64,000 nucleotides of DNA from Candidatus Latescibacterota bacterium. Lineage in GTDB: Bacteria; Latescibacterota; UBA2968; UBA8231. A program made the translations under genes and the position numbers. This document shows, one piece after another, positions 21,541 to 31,344 of this stretch. Within the stretch, counting starts at the first letter, position 1. Each line of letters begins with the position of its first letter. The notes beneath the pieces were generated by a model. The model had not been told where the DNA came from. It searched no databases and worked only from the letters and a program-made list of their open reading frames with translations. The DNA lies in NCBI GenBank assembly GCA_965248355.1, contig OZ252098.1:864001-928000 (forward strand), given 5' to 3'.

Positions 21541-22371
21541 TCAGGCCCCTGAGGCGTCCGCCATGCGCACTTCCGCCAGGGAGCGCCAGTTGTCGTAGTA
21601 GCGCCGCGTCCTCTGCGGCAGGCTGCCGCGGACGTTGCCGGCCAGGAGCCACCGCTGATCGCCCTTCTCGCCCTCGTCGTACTCCGACCGATGGTCGATG
21701 AGGGCGCACATCAGGGTCGAGCGATCCTTCATGCCCTCCGGCTTGCGGCCCCGGTGGATGGTGTTGCCGTTCCAGAAGATGGTCTGGCCCTTCTTCAACA
21801 CGATCTGCAGGCCCTCCCGGATCTCGCCCTGACCGCCCTCGACCAGACACCGGTGCTCCTCGTCGGCGCGGTAGCGCCGGTGGCTGCCCGGGACGATCCA
21901 CAGGCAGGGATCCTCCACCAGGGCCATGTGCCACTTCACGAAGTACTTCCGGTGGCGGGCGAGGATCGCCATCTCCTGCTCGCAGGTGGCGTTCCTGTCC
22001 TGGCCGCCCACGTCCCGGTGCCAGGCGCCCTCGTAGTCGCCGGCGATGGCGCACAGGTGCACCCATCCGAGGCGCAGCTCGTCTCCGAGGAAGGGCCGGA
22101 CGTAGCGGGCCACCGGTTCTGAACCGAGGTACTCCGCGAACACGGGTTCGCCGAACTCGGGGGCCATGAGGCCGGTCACGAAGGCCGGCTCATCCCCCGG
22201 ACCGCCCGTTCGGATCCCGTCCCCGTCGTCGACCACTTCCCCGGAGCGGACCCGCGCCACCACCCGGCCCGCCGCCTCCGCCAGCTGTTCCACCATCGAC
22301 GGCTCCACGACGTCGCCGGTGATGAAGTAGCCCTCCTGCTGGTACTGATCGATCTGTTCCTGGCTGGCCAT
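21541..22371 (-). CDS. PhyH-family Fe/2OG dioxygenase
   Basis: WHRD, IVPGSH, NTIHRG. Confidence 0.8.
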   Translation of the reverse strand: MASQEQIDQYQQEGYFITGDVVEPSMVEQLAEAAGRVVARVRSGEVVDDGDGIRTGGPGDEPAFVTGLMAPEFGEPVFAEYLGSEPVARYVRPFLGDELRLGWVHLCAIAGDYEGAWHRDVGGQDRNATCEQEMAILARHRKYFVKWHMALVEDPCLWIVPGSHRRYRADEEHRCLVEGGQGEIREGLQIVLKKGQTIFWNGNTIHRGRKPEGMKDRSTLMCALIDHRSEYDEGEKGDQRWLLAGNVRGSLPQRTRRYYDNWRSLAEVRMADASGA

Positions 22372-22386
22372 GTACCTGACCCGGGA

Positions 22387-23496
22387 TCAGTCCTTCTTGT
22401 GGGTCATCTGCTCCATGTACCACTCGCGGCCGTGGACCTCCTTCTTGTTGTACATGCGGCCGGCGTGGGGCACGATCTTCAGGCTTCGGTCCTCGAGGGG
22501 CAGGGGGATCGGCGCGTGCCCCTGGCGGTGGGACTCGCGCAGGGCGATGCCGATCTCCAAGCCCTTGCGCATGTTGTCGCCGCTGGTCCTCGGCTCGCGG
22601 CCGGTCTCCAGGGCCTCGACGATGGCTCGCACGCTGGACTGCAGGCGGAAGCCGACCTCGCGCCAGCCCTGCTCGTCGTAGCCGAGGTCCCAGGTGCCGG
22701 CGGTCTCGAAGAGGCCCTCCCGCTCGCGGAGCACCCTGTCCGTCCCCTCGCCGACGCCCTCGTGATAGGTGAACAGGAGCCAGTTGCTGAAGAATACGCC
22801 TCGTTCTGTCAGCACCTCGATCCCCTGCTTGCCGACCCGGTCCATGTGCACGTGGGCGAGGATGCCGTTGGCGAAGCGGATGACGCCGCCCATGCCCTGG
22901 TCCTCCTCGTCCCAGGGGTCGCCGCGGACCCAGCCCGTGACCCACTCCACGTCGGCGTCGCCGGCCATGAGGCGAGTCACGCTCAGGCTCTGGCAGCCGC
23001 CGCCGAGGATCTCGTTGTGGGGGTGGTAGACGTTGACGGCTCGCACCTCGCCCACCTCGCCGGCGTCGATCATCTCCCGGAACTGCCAGAACTGGGGCAG
23101 GTTTCGCCAGGCGTCGCCGCTGGCGAAGGGGATCCCCCGCCCGCGGCAGACCTCGACCATGCGGTCCGCTTCGGCGAGGCTCGAGGCGATCGGTTTCTCC
23201 GAGAAGATCGCCCCCACCCCGGCCTCGGCGCAGTCGATCACGGCCCCGGGGTTGGCGCTGACGGGCAGCACCGGCGCGGCGATGTCGAGGTCCTCGGCCG
23301 CGAGCATGTCGTGGTAGTCGCTGTAGACGTTGACCCCGAAGCGTCGGCGGAAGAGCTCCAGGTTCTCCGGGTCCCGGTCGGCGGCGGCCACCAGCTCGGT
23401 CTTCGGGTTGACCACGTAGGCCCGCGCATGGTTGGTGCCCATGCGGCCGACCCCGATCATGCCGACCCGGTACGGCGGTGTTCTCGATGCGCTCAT
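22387..23496 (-). CDS. Gfo/Idh/MocA-family oxidoreductase
   Basis: IGVGRMG Rossmann motif, SEKP. Confidence 0.85.
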   Translation of the reverse strand: MSASRTPPYRVGMIGVGRMGTNHARAYVVNPKTELVAAADRDPENLELFRRRFGVNVYSDYHDMLAAEDLDIAAPVLPVSANPGAVIDCAEAGVGAIFSEKPIASSLAEADRMVEVCRGRGIPFASGDAWRNLPQFWQFREMIDAGEVGEVRAVNVYHPHNEILGGGCQSLSVTRLMAGDADVEWVTGWVRGDPWDEEDQGMGGVIRFANGILAHVHMDRVGKQGIEVLTERGVFFSNWLLFTYHEGVGEGTDRVLREREGLFETAGTWDLGYDEQGWREVGFRLQSSVRAIVEALETGREPRTSGDNMRKGLEIGIALRESHRQGHAPIPLPLEDRSLKIVPHAGRMYNKKEVHGREWYMEQMTHKKD

Positions 23497-23590
23497 GTCA
23501 GCTCCTTGGCTTGTGGGCGGGCCCTATGTTATGACGGCGGCATCGAAGGCGTCCATCCAGGAGAGGGCCGGCATCGGATCAGGAGGCAGC

Positions 23591-23958
23591 GTGGCAGCCG
23601 TCATCGACGTGGGGTGCGACAAGCAGCTGTTCATCGATCACCGCTTCATCGCCGAGTGCCGGGACGTGGAGCTGCGAGTGAATCCGCCGGTGAAGAGGCC
23701 CGGGGCGATCATGGAGAGCGACCCTCCCTGGGGCGCCTTCAACCTGATCTACTTCAGCATCGCCGAGGACGAGCCATCGAGGGATTCGGCCTCGACGACT
23801 GCGACCGGGTGCTGTTCAACGACGTGGCCTGGACCGTCACCTGGCGGGGCCGCAGCGACCTGTCCTCCCTGACCGGGCGCCCGCTGCGGCTGCGCATCGT
23901 CATCCGTTCGGCCAGGCTCTTCGCATTCCAGTTTGCGCAGCCCGAAAGCGGACTGTGA
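23591..23958 (+). pseudogene. Internally deleted paralogue of the 14641-15999 beta-propeller family
   Basis: AGGAGG RBS + GTG; KQLFID...NPPVK...PW N-terminus joined out of frame near 23770 to IEGFGLDDC...W...GRPLRLRIVIRSARLFAFQF C-terminus. Confidence 0.75.
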
Positions 23959-24016
23959 TCTCACCGGCGGCCGGGGTGGTTGCCACCGGGGGGTCCAGCG
24001 GTTTTCCTATCCCGCC

Positions 24017-25411
24017 GTGAGCGAGAGCATCGAAGAAGCGATCGTCGCCGAGGTCGAGGCGAGTTCCGGGGCCTGGGAGAACCTGCTCGTCCTGGCCGAC
24101 GACATCGGCGTGCGCGTCGCCGGCAGCGAGGGCGAGGTCCGGGCCCGCGACTTCCTGCTGCGGACCTTTCAGGAGTATGGGCTCGACGACGTCCATCTGG
24201 AGCCCTTCGAGCACCGGGCCTGGCGGCCGGAGCGCGAGGAGCTGGCGGTCGCCGCTCCGGAGGGGGGGCGCTCGATCCCGTGCCGCTGCGGGGGGCTCTC
24301 GCCGTCGACGCCGGAGTCGGGGGTGGAGGGGGAGGTCGTCTTCCTCGAACGCTGCGACGCCGAGGAACTGGCGCAGCGGGCCCACGAGGTGCGGGGACGC
24401 ATCGTCGTGGCGCCCTACTACCCCTTCGCGCGCCAGCTCAAGACCCCCCTGGCGGCGCGCTTCGGGGCCGCGGCCCTCCTCGAGCACCGGAACTTCCCCG
24501 GCGCCCTGCAGCCGGCGCGGACCTGCTGTTTCCAGCGGGTCGGGGACCTGCCCGTCGCCTCCATCAGCCTCGAGGACGCCGAGTACCTCAAGCGCTTGCA
24601 GCGGCGCCGGGGGCCGGTGCGCCTGCGGCTGACTCTGGACAGCCGCATCGAGACCCGGGAGTCGTGGAACGTCGTCGGCCAGCTGACGGGGACCGGCGAT
24701 CCGCATGAGATCCTGATCGCAGGCGGTCACTACGACACCTGGCACGTCGGTCCCGGCGCCATCGACAACGCCGCGGGAGTGGTCGCCGTGGTCGAGGCGG
24801 CGCGGGCGCTGGCCCGGCACCGGCAGCACCTGCGGCGCACCGTCCGGTTCGTCGCCTTCGGCGTCGAGGAGTCGGGACTGGTCGGCGCCTGGGCCTACAC
24901 GCGCCGGCACGCCGGAGAGCTCGACGACACCTGGCTGATGATCAACAACGACGTCGGCGGCCGGCCTTCGGGCCTGGGAGTCTCCGGCGCCGAAGACCTG
25001 GTGCCGGCCCTTGCGGCGGTGGCCTCCCGCGTCCGAGTGGAAGGGCTCGAAAGACCCTTCGGCGTCTCCTGCGGGGTCCCGAGCTGGGGCTCCGATCACT
25101 TTCCCTTCTTCGCCCACGGCGTGCCCACCGTAGGCCTGGGGACCGAGTCGGTCACCCCCGAGGACCGGTTCTACGGCCACAGCCGGGCCGACACGCCGGA
25201 CAAGGTCTATCCCAAGGGGCTGAGCGAGTCCGCGGCCATCAACGCGCGGGTCCTGTTCCACGTGGCCAACCTGGACCGGCGGCCGGCGCGGCGGCGGACG
25301 CGGACAGAGCTGGAGGCTTCCTTTGCCGGCCAACCCCTGGAAGAGGCCATGGAGCTGCTCGACGTGTGGCCGCCGGAGCGCGCCCTCGAGAGGTATTTCG
25401 GCCAGGGATGA
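24017..25411 (+). CDS. M28-family peptidase with PA domain
   Basis: GGHYDTW, GAIDNAAG, GVEESGLVG, NND, GSDHFPF, HSRADT. Confidence 0.88.
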   Translation: MSESIEEAIVAEVEASSGAWENLLVLADDIGVRVAGSEGEVRARDFLLRTFQEYGLDDVHLEPFEHRAWRPEREELAVAAPEGGRSIPCRCGGLSPSTPESGVEGEVVFLERCDAEELAQRAHEVRGRIVVAPYYPFARQLKTPLAARFGAAALLEHRNFPGALQPARTCCFQRVGDLPVASISLEDAEYLKRLQRRRGPVRLRLTLDSRIETRESWNVVGQLTGTGDPHEILIAGGHYDTWHVGPGAIDNAAGVVAVVEAARALARHRQHLRRTVRFVAFGVEESGLVGAWAYTRRHAGELDDTWLMINNDVGGRPSGLGVSGAEDLVPALAAVASRVRVEGLERPFGVSCGVPSWGSDHFPFFAHGVPTVGLGTESVTPEDRFYGHSRADTPDKVYPKGLSESAAINARVLFHVANLDRRPARRRTRTELEASFAGQPLEEAMELLDVWPPERALERYFGQG

Positions 25412-27258
25412 AACCCGTTCTCTCCCGTCCCCCCGGTACCCGGTACGACCTGCAGGGGGCCGCCGGCAGCTACCTGCGGGCGGTCACCGAGCAGTGGCTG
25501 CTGCCGGCGCCGGCGGCCAACCCGGCCATGCTCGAGATCTTCCGCGACCGCGACCGCACGCCGCTGCGGGACCTCGTGCCCTGGGCCGGGGAGTTCGCCG
25601 GCAAGTACCTGACCCACGCGGTGCAGATCCTGCGCCTCACCGGCGACCGGGGGCTGCGCCGTCACCTGCGCTCCTTCGTCTCCGACTTGGTGGCCCTGCA
25701 GGCCGAGGACGGCTACCTGGGACCCTGGCCCGAAAAGCACCGGCTCACCGGCACGGCGCCCAACGCCATGGGAGGCAGGGGGACCTGGGACGCCTGGGGC
25801 CACTACCACGTGATGCTCGGCCTGCTGCTGTGGCACGAGGACACGAGGGACCGAGCCGCCCTGGGCTGCGCCGCGCGCATGGGGGACCTGCTGTGTGAGC
25901 GCTTCCTCGGGGTGAAGCGACGGGGCCGCCGCCTCGTCGACACGGGCAGCACCGAGATGAACCTGGCCCCGGTCCACTCCCTGGCCCTGCTGCACCGGCG
26001 CACCCGGGAGGCCCGCTACCTCGATCTGGCGCGTCAGATCGTCGGCGAGTTCGCCGCCGCCGGCCGCGACGGCGCCCCCCTGGCCGGGGACTACGCCACC
26101 ACGGCCCTGGCGGGGCAGGCCTTCTTCGAGACCCCCAAGCCCCGCTGGGAGTCACTGCACCCGGTCATGGGCCTGCTCGAGGTCGGCCTTCTCACCGGCG
26201 ACGAGGAGCTGCGGCGGGCCTACGAGCACATCTGGTGGAGCATCGCCGAGCTCGACCGGCACAACAACGGCGGCTTCAGCTCCGGCGAGAAGGCCCAGGG
26301 CAACCCCTATCACCCGGGCGCCATCGAGACCTGCTGCACCATCGCCTGGATGGCGGCCAGCGTCGAGATGCTGCGGCTCACGGGGGACCCGCTGGTGGCC
26401 GACGAGCTGGAGCTGTCCACCCTGAACTCCGGCCTCGGTCTGCACTCGTCCTCCGGCCGCTGGGTGACCTACAACACCCCCATGGACGGGGTGCGCAAGG
26501 CGAGCGCCCACGACATCGTCTTCCAGGCGCGCGAGGGCAGCCCCGAGCTCAACTGCTGCTCGGTGAACGGACCCCGCGCCCTGGGCCTGATCTCGGACTG
26601 GGCCCTCATGGGCGACGGGGGCGAGGCCCTCACCCTCAACTGGTACGGCCCGGGGCGGATCCAGGCCGAGGTCGCCGCCACCCCGGTGACCCTGACGAGC
26701 GCCACCGACTACCCGGTGGAGCCTGCCGTCCAGCTGTCGGTGGCCCCCCGCCGGGCCTCGGAGTTCGCCCTGCGGCTGCGCATCCCGCGCTGGTCGGAGT
26801 CCACCCGGGCCAGCGTCAACGGCGAGCCGGTGAGAGGCGTCCGCGCCGGGAGCTACCTGGAGTTGCGCCGCCGCTGGAAGCGAGGCGACCGCGTCGACCT
26901 GCGGTTCGACTTCCGGCCCCACCGCTGGGTGGGGGAGAGGGAGTGCCGCGGCCTGACCTCGCTCTACCGCGGCCCCCTGCTGTTGGCCTGGGACCGCCGC
27001 TTCAACGACGGCGACCCCGGAGACCTGCCGGCCCTCGACGCCAGGGGGCTGCGGCTGCACCGGGTGGAGTGGACGGGACCCGCGCCGGCGCCGGAGCTGC
27101 TGGTGCGCTGCCGGGGGGCCGGCGGGCGCGAGCTGACGCTCTGCGACTTCGCAAGCGCGGGGGAGGGTGGATCGCCGTACCGGACCTGGCTCGAGGTGCG
27201 CAACGCCGGGCGGCCCCAGGGATTCACCCGGGACAACCCGCTGCGATCCTTCCGCTGA
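25408..27258 (+). CDS. GH127-like (beta-L-arabinofuranosidase domain) glycoside hydrolase
   Basis: GEFAGKY, QAEDGYLG, ETCC, NCC, TDYP, LRIPRW, YRGPLLLA. Confidence 0.85.
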   Translation: MKPVLSRPPGTRYDLQGAAGSYLRAVTEQWLLPAPAANPAMLEIFRDRDRTPLRDLVPWAGEFAGKYLTHAVQILRLTGDRGLRRHLRSFVSDLVALQAEDGYLGPWPEKHRLTGTAPNAMGGRGTWDAWGHYHVMLGLLLWHEDTRDRAALGCAARMGDLLCERFLGVKRRGRRLVDTGSTEMNLAPVHSLALLHRRTREARYLDLARQIVGEFAAAGRDGAPLAGDYATTALAGQAFFETPKPRWESLHPVMGLLEVGLLTGDEELRRAYEHIWWSIAELDRHNNGGFSSGEKAQGNPYHPGAIETCCTIAWMAASVEMLRLTGDPLVADELELSTLNSGLGLHSSSGRWVTYNTPMDGVRKASAHDIVFQAREGSPELNCCSVNGPRALGLISDWALMGDGGEALTLNWYGPGRIQAEVAATPVTLTSATDYPVEPAVQLSVAPRRASEFALRLRIPRWSESTRASVNGEPVRGVRAGSYLELRRRWKRGDRVDLRFDFRPHRWVGERECRGLTSLYRGPLLLAWDRRFNDGDPGDLPALDARGLRLHRVEWTGPAPAPELLVRCRGAGGRELTLCDFASAGEGGSPYRTWLEVRNAGRPQGFTRDNPLRSFR

Positions 27259-27309
27259 GGCGGGCGGTGTCCGGCCGCCCGCACCACATCCAAGAGGAGA
27301 AGTGACGCG

Positions 27310-28113
27310 ATGGAGGACCCCAAGGTATTCCTGCCGGAGATGACCTTCGCCGAGGTGGAGGACGTCCTGCCGGAGGTGGAGCTGGCCATCCTGCCCACCG
27401 GCAGCAACGAGGGGCACGGGCCCCACCTGCCGCTGAAGGTGGACGCGGCTACTTCCACCTACGTGTCGGTGGAAGCGGCCCGGAGGCTGTACCCCCGGGT
27501 CCTGGTGGCGCCGTGCCTGGCCGTGGGCCACTCGCCCCAGCACCTGGAGTTCCCGGGGAGCATGTCCCTGCGCGTGGAGACCCAGGTCCGTGTGCTCACC
27601 GACTACTGCCGCTCCCTGATGAACTACGGCCTGCGGCGCTTCGCCATCGTCAACGGCCACGGCAACAACGTGGCCGTCAACGCCCAGGCGGCGCGGCGCA
27701 TCACCGAGGAGCTCGATGGGGTCCGGGTGGCCTCCTTCGCCTACTGGGAGACCATCGACCCGAGCCGCATCGCCGAGATCAACGACGGCCGCCACTACCC
27801 CGGACACGCCGACGAGTTCGAGAGCTCCATGATCCTCCACATCTGTCCGGAGCACACGCGCATGGATCGCGTTCACGAGATCGAGGGCAAGTACGGTCTC
27901 CACGGTCCCGGCCCCGATGTGCCACCGGGCCACAAGTTCCTGGCGACCACGACCTATGGGCAGACCGGCCTGCGGGCGCGGCTGCTGTGCGACGTGGGGA
28001 ACGAGAACTACCGCCTGGCCAGCGCCGAAAAGGGAGCCCGGTTCGCCGAGCTGGCCGTGGACGGCACGGCGGCTTACCTGAGGGACTTCATCGACAACGT
28101 GCCCGTCGGCTGA
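27310..28113 (+). CDS. Creatininase-family amidohydrolase
   Basis: GSNEGHGPHLP, NGHGNN, HADEFESS. Confidence 0.88.
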   Translation: MEDPKVFLPEMTFAEVEDVLPEVELAILPTGSNEGHGPHLPLKVDAATSTYVSVEAARRLYPRVLVAPCLAVGHSPQHLEFPGSMSLRVETQVRVLTDYCRSLMNYGLRRFAIVNGHGNNVAVNAQAARRITEELDGVRVASFAYWETIDPSRIAEINDGRHYPGHADEFESSMILHICPEHTRMDRVHEIEGKYGLHGPGPDVPPGHKFLATTTYGQTGLRARLLCDVGNENYRLASAEKGARFAELAVDGTAAYLRDFIDNVPVG

Positions 28114-28137
28114 CGGCCAGGCCGGGCGGAACCATCT

Positions 28138-29109
28138 TCAGGCCGGGGTTTCCATGAGAAAACGAAAGATGAGCTCGTGGCCCCTGGACGAGAAGTGGAT
28201 GCCGTCGCCGTAGAGGAACAGGTCCGAGGGGTCGTCGACCCGCTCCAGGAGATAGCGGGACGGATCGAGCGGGGTGATGCCGATCGACGTCAAGCGGCCG
28301 GCCATCCGCTCTTGCGGAGCCCAGATGCCCACTCCTTCGGGATTCCGCAACTGATACTCGTAAGGAAGTACCACGACCGTCACTTCGATCCGTCGGTCCG
28401 ACCCCAGCGAGACGATGGTCCCCATGTCGTCGGCGGAGCGGCTTACAAGATCGTCCCGGTAGAGGCGGCTGTCGTGGTCCCAGTATCTCCGGGGCCGGTC
28501 GAAGAGCGAGCTCTTCAGGAACTGGTAGAGGTGCAGGTGCCTTCGGGTGAAGGAGAGGAAGGATCCCCCCACATCGCGTACGGTCTGGTCGGGATCCGGC
28601 AGAGGGCCCGTGGACGAGTAGATGTCATTGAGGCACCACATGACGACGACCCGCGAGAGATGGACCTGCGGGCCTCCCTTCTCGGGGATCAGTTCCCTGG
28701 CGATGGCGACGTAGTCCCGGGAGGCGTGTCCCAGCACCGACGGGTTCAGCACGTTGATGCCCGGCAGGTGACGGGCCAGCCGTCCCGCAAACGTGGAATC
28801 GGGATGCACCCCGATGCCCATGGTCACCGAATCTCCCAGCAGCAGCCAGGAACTCCTCGAGGCGTCATAGGATCCGGCGTACTGCCAGAAGCCGTATCCT
28901 GCCAGGTTCATGGCCGAGAACCTCGCGCCGTTGCTCAGCCCCGTCGCCCCGGGCCGGGGCCCTGGCGTAGTTGCGTAGACGCTGTCCGCGAAGAGGCTCT
29001 TGTCCGTTCCCACCGGCGTGATCTCGGGGAGCCAGACTCGCACCGCCCCCTCCAACAGGAACAGCAGCGCCAGGGCCAGCGACAACTGCAGGGACAGGGT
29101 GCGGATCAT
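28138..29109 (-). CDS. SGNH/GDSL hydrolase-family protein with N-terminal membrane anchor
   Basis: LGDSVT, CLND, DGIHFSSRGH. Confidence 0.8.
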   Translation of the reverse strand: MIRTLSLQLSLALALLFLLEGAVRVWLPEITPVGTDKSLFADSVYATTPGPRPGATGLSNGARFSAMNLAGYGFWQYAGSYDASRSSWLLLGDSVTMGIGVHPDSTFAGRLARHLPGINVLNPSVLGHASRDYVAIARELIPEKGGPQVHLSRVVVMWCLNDIYSSTGPLPDPDQTVRDVGGSFLSFTRRHLHLYQFLKSSLFDRPRRYWDHDSRLYRDDLVSRSADDMGTIVSLGSDRRIEVTVVVLPYEYQLRNPEGVGIWAPQERMAGRLTSIGITPLDPSRYLLERVDDPSDLFLYGDGIHFSSRGHELIFRFLMETPA

Positions 29110-29119
29110 CGGCCGCGAG

Positions 29120-29569
29120 CTAGGACGCGCCTCCGGGGGCTCGGGCCCCGGCGAGGTGATACAGCATCCAGTAGATGACGACGCCGGACAGGCTGACGAA
29201 CATCCAGATCGGCCACAGCCAGCGGGCGACGCGGCGGTGTCGATGGAAGCGTCCCCGCCAGGCGTGGTGCAGCGCGGCGAGGACGAGAGGTACCATGCCT
29301 GCGGCGAGGAGGACGTGGGGGAGGAGGATGGAGAAGTAGAGGGGCCGGGTCCAGTCGTGGAGGGGGTAGGGGATGGAGCCGGCGCGGATGTGGTACACCG
29401 AATAGGAGGCCAGGAACATGGCCGACGTGGCCACTGCGCCGAGCATGCAGAGCCGATGCGGACGCCAGCGGCCGGCGCGGATGAAGAGAAAGCCCGCCGT
29501 GAGGAGAACGGTGGCCACGCCGTTCAGGGCGGCGTTCAGGGTTGGGAGATCGGTGAGAGACACGTCCAC
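29120..29569 (-). CDS. DUF420-family membrane protein
   Basis: LPTLNAALN, HRLCML, FLASY, HRRVARW..PIWMFVSLSGVVIY. Confidence 0.85.
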   Translation of the reverse strand: MDVSLTDLPTLNAALNGVATVLLTAGFLFIRAGRWRPHRLCMLGAVATSAMFLASYSVYHIRAGSIPYPLHDWTRPLYFSILLPHVLLAAGMVPLVLAALHHAWRGRFHRHRRVARWLWPIWMFVSLSGVVIYWMLYHLAGARAPGGAS

Positions 29570-29576
29570 CGCGTTA

Positions 29577-29652
29577 TGGAGCCACCCGCCGGAGTCGAAC
29601 CGGCGACCTACTCATTACGAGTGAGTTGCTCTACCAGCTGAGCTAGGGTGGC
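29577..29652 (-). tRNA. tRNA-Thr(CGT)
   Basis: GCCACCCTAGCTCAGCTGGTAGAGCAACTCACTCGTAATGAGTAGGTCGCCGGTTCGACTCCGGCGGGTGGCTCCA: 76-nt cloverleaf, anticodon CGT, encoded CCA. Confidence 0.95.
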
Positions 29653-29763
29653 CAAGCCGCTGCGGCGCAACCGGATGGAGAGGCCTGGGTTGTCCTCTCC
29701 AGGGAGCGCCGTTGGAAGGTGGAATCTACAGGCGCTCCCGGAATCCGGTCAACCGCCCCCGTC

Positions 29764-30978
29764 TCAGAAGAAGCTGAAAAGGCGCGAAACCCGGTCGACC
29801 CAGCGGGTGCGGCTCCGGCCGGAGCCACCCGCCCGCCTCAGGTCCACGCCGGTATCGCAGGCGAAGCGCAGAAGGCCGACACCGGTGGCGAACTCGGGGG
29901 TCTGCACGGACTCCGGGGCGATGATCCCACTGGGAACACCGATGCGGACCGGAAGGCCGAGGACCTCCTCGGCAAACCGGTCGATGTTCCTCAAGAGGGC
30001 GCCGCCGCCGGTGAAGACCATGCCGGTGGAGAGCAGGTGGGAGCAGCCGCTGTTCTCGATCTCGCGGGCCACGAACTCCAGGATCTCCTGCTGCCGCGCC
30101 TCGATGATGGCGTCGAGGTCTTCGCGCTTGATGGTGTGGGAGCGCCCCGCCGTGGTCTGGAAGGTCAGGGGCTCGGCGGCTTCCTCCGCGTCGGTGCAGA
30201 CGCCGCCGAAGTTGCACTTCAGCTCCTCCGCCTCCTTGGGGGAGGTGTTGAGCACCATCGACAGGTCCCGGGTGATGTCCTGGCCGCCCAGGGGGACCTC
30301 GGTGAGGTGTCGCAGCGAGCCACCGGCGTACAGGGCCATGTCATAGGTGCCCGCGCCGAGGTCGAGGAGCCCTACCCCCATGTCGCGTTCATCCGTGCTC
30401 AGCAGGGACGCGGCGGTGGCCACCGATTCGACCAGGAATCCGGCGATGGCCACACCCGCCTCCTCCGCGGCGCGCTGCAGCGTGGTGCAGGCGTGATCGG
30501 AGGCGGTGGCACTGAGGGTTTCGACCTCGAGCTTGTGTCCGTGAAGCCAGAGAGGATTCTGCACCAGTTCGCCGTCGACGGCGTAGCTCTGCACGAAGCG
30601 GTGCAGGATCGCGGCCTGCGCCGGCGGCGCCGTCGCCTCGGCCGCGGCCAGGGCGCGCTCGACGTCCTCGTCGTCGATCGGGTCGGAGGAGCCGGAGATG
30701 GCTACCGCGCTGCGGCTCGCATGGGCCTGCACGTCGCGGCCGGCGATTCCGGCGTACGCTCCCGTGATGCGCACGCCGGCCGAGCGCTCCGCCTCGGCAA
30801 CGGCCGTCCGGGTCGACTCGACCACGAGGGGCATATCGATGACGGCACTGCGGCGGATGCCCCGGCAGGGGCTGGTCCCCATCCCCAGGATCTTGCAGTC
30901 CCCGCTGGCCTCCGTCTGGCCCACGAGGCAGCGGATACGCGATGCTCCGATATCGAGTACGACGACGGGTGATGACAT
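29764..30978 (-). CDS. ftsA: Cell division protein FtsA (outside a dcw cluster)
   Basis: VLDIGASRI, DLGAGT, GGQDITRDL, EAEELK, IIEARQQEIL, VFTGGGA, C-terminal amphipathic RWVDRVSRLFSFF. Confidence 0.88.
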   Translation of the reverse strand: MSSPVVVLDIGASRIRCLVGQTEASGDCKILGMGTSPCRGIRRSAVIDMPLVVESTRTAVAEAERSAGVRITGAYAGIAGRDVQAHASRSAVAISGSSDPIDDEDVERALAAAEATAPPAQAAILHRFVQSYAVDGELVQNPLWLHGHKLEVETLSATASDHACTTLQRAAEEAGVAIAGFLVESVATAASLLSTDERDMGVGLLDLGAGTYDMALYAGGSLRHLTEVPLGGQDITRDLSMVLNTSPKEAEELKCNFGGVCTDAEEAAEPLTFQTTAGRSHTIKREDLDAIIEARQQEILEFVAREIENSGCSHLLSTGMVFTGGGALLRNIDRFAEEVLGLPVRIGVPSGIIAPESVQTPEFATGVGLLRFACDTGVDLRRAGGSGRSRTRWVDRVSRLFSFF

Positions 30979-31202
30979 GGATGGAATGCCTTGTCCTCTC
31001 GCGGATGTCTGGTCCTGCCACGGCGTCGACGGGGATGGCCGAAGGAGCCCTCCGCTTCGACGGCAGGGTGGAGAAAGAGGACCGGCCAAAGGCCGGGGAA
31101 GGAGAGGAGGAGATTTGCAGCTACCGCTCGGAGGCCCCCGGGGGAGGAGGCTTCCGGAACCGCTCCGGTTGCGGGTCGGGCCGGCGCGGAAGGGTGTTCC
31201 TC

Positions 31203-31232
31203 AAGGTACCCAGGGATCCAACTGCATGTCAA
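31203..31232 (-). promoter_or_regulatory. Candidate sigma70 promoter for ftsA
   Basis: TTGACA-N18-TACCTT on the minus strand. Confidence 0.45.
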
Positions 31233-31261
31233 GTGATTCCGGCCACGCCGGGACGCTTCTC

Positions 31262-31290
31262 TTGACCAGGTTTTTGGGTCGGCCTAAGAT
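31262..31290 (+). promoter_or_regulatory. Candidate sigma70 promoter for ssb
   Basis: TTGACC-N17-TAAGAT, 54 bp upstream of the ssb ATG. Confidence 0.55.
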
Positions 31291-31344
31291 AGGCTGCCAC
31301 CCGTCGCGAGGTCCTGTGGCCAACCAGACTCGAGGAGCGGCTCC

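Noticed and set aside
29821..29833. 13-bp match (ggagccacccgcc) to the tRNA-Thr 3' end, suggesting an att site
   Set aside because: It lies inside ftsA coding sequence, upstream of the tRNA (wrong side), with no integrase nearby; probably chance.
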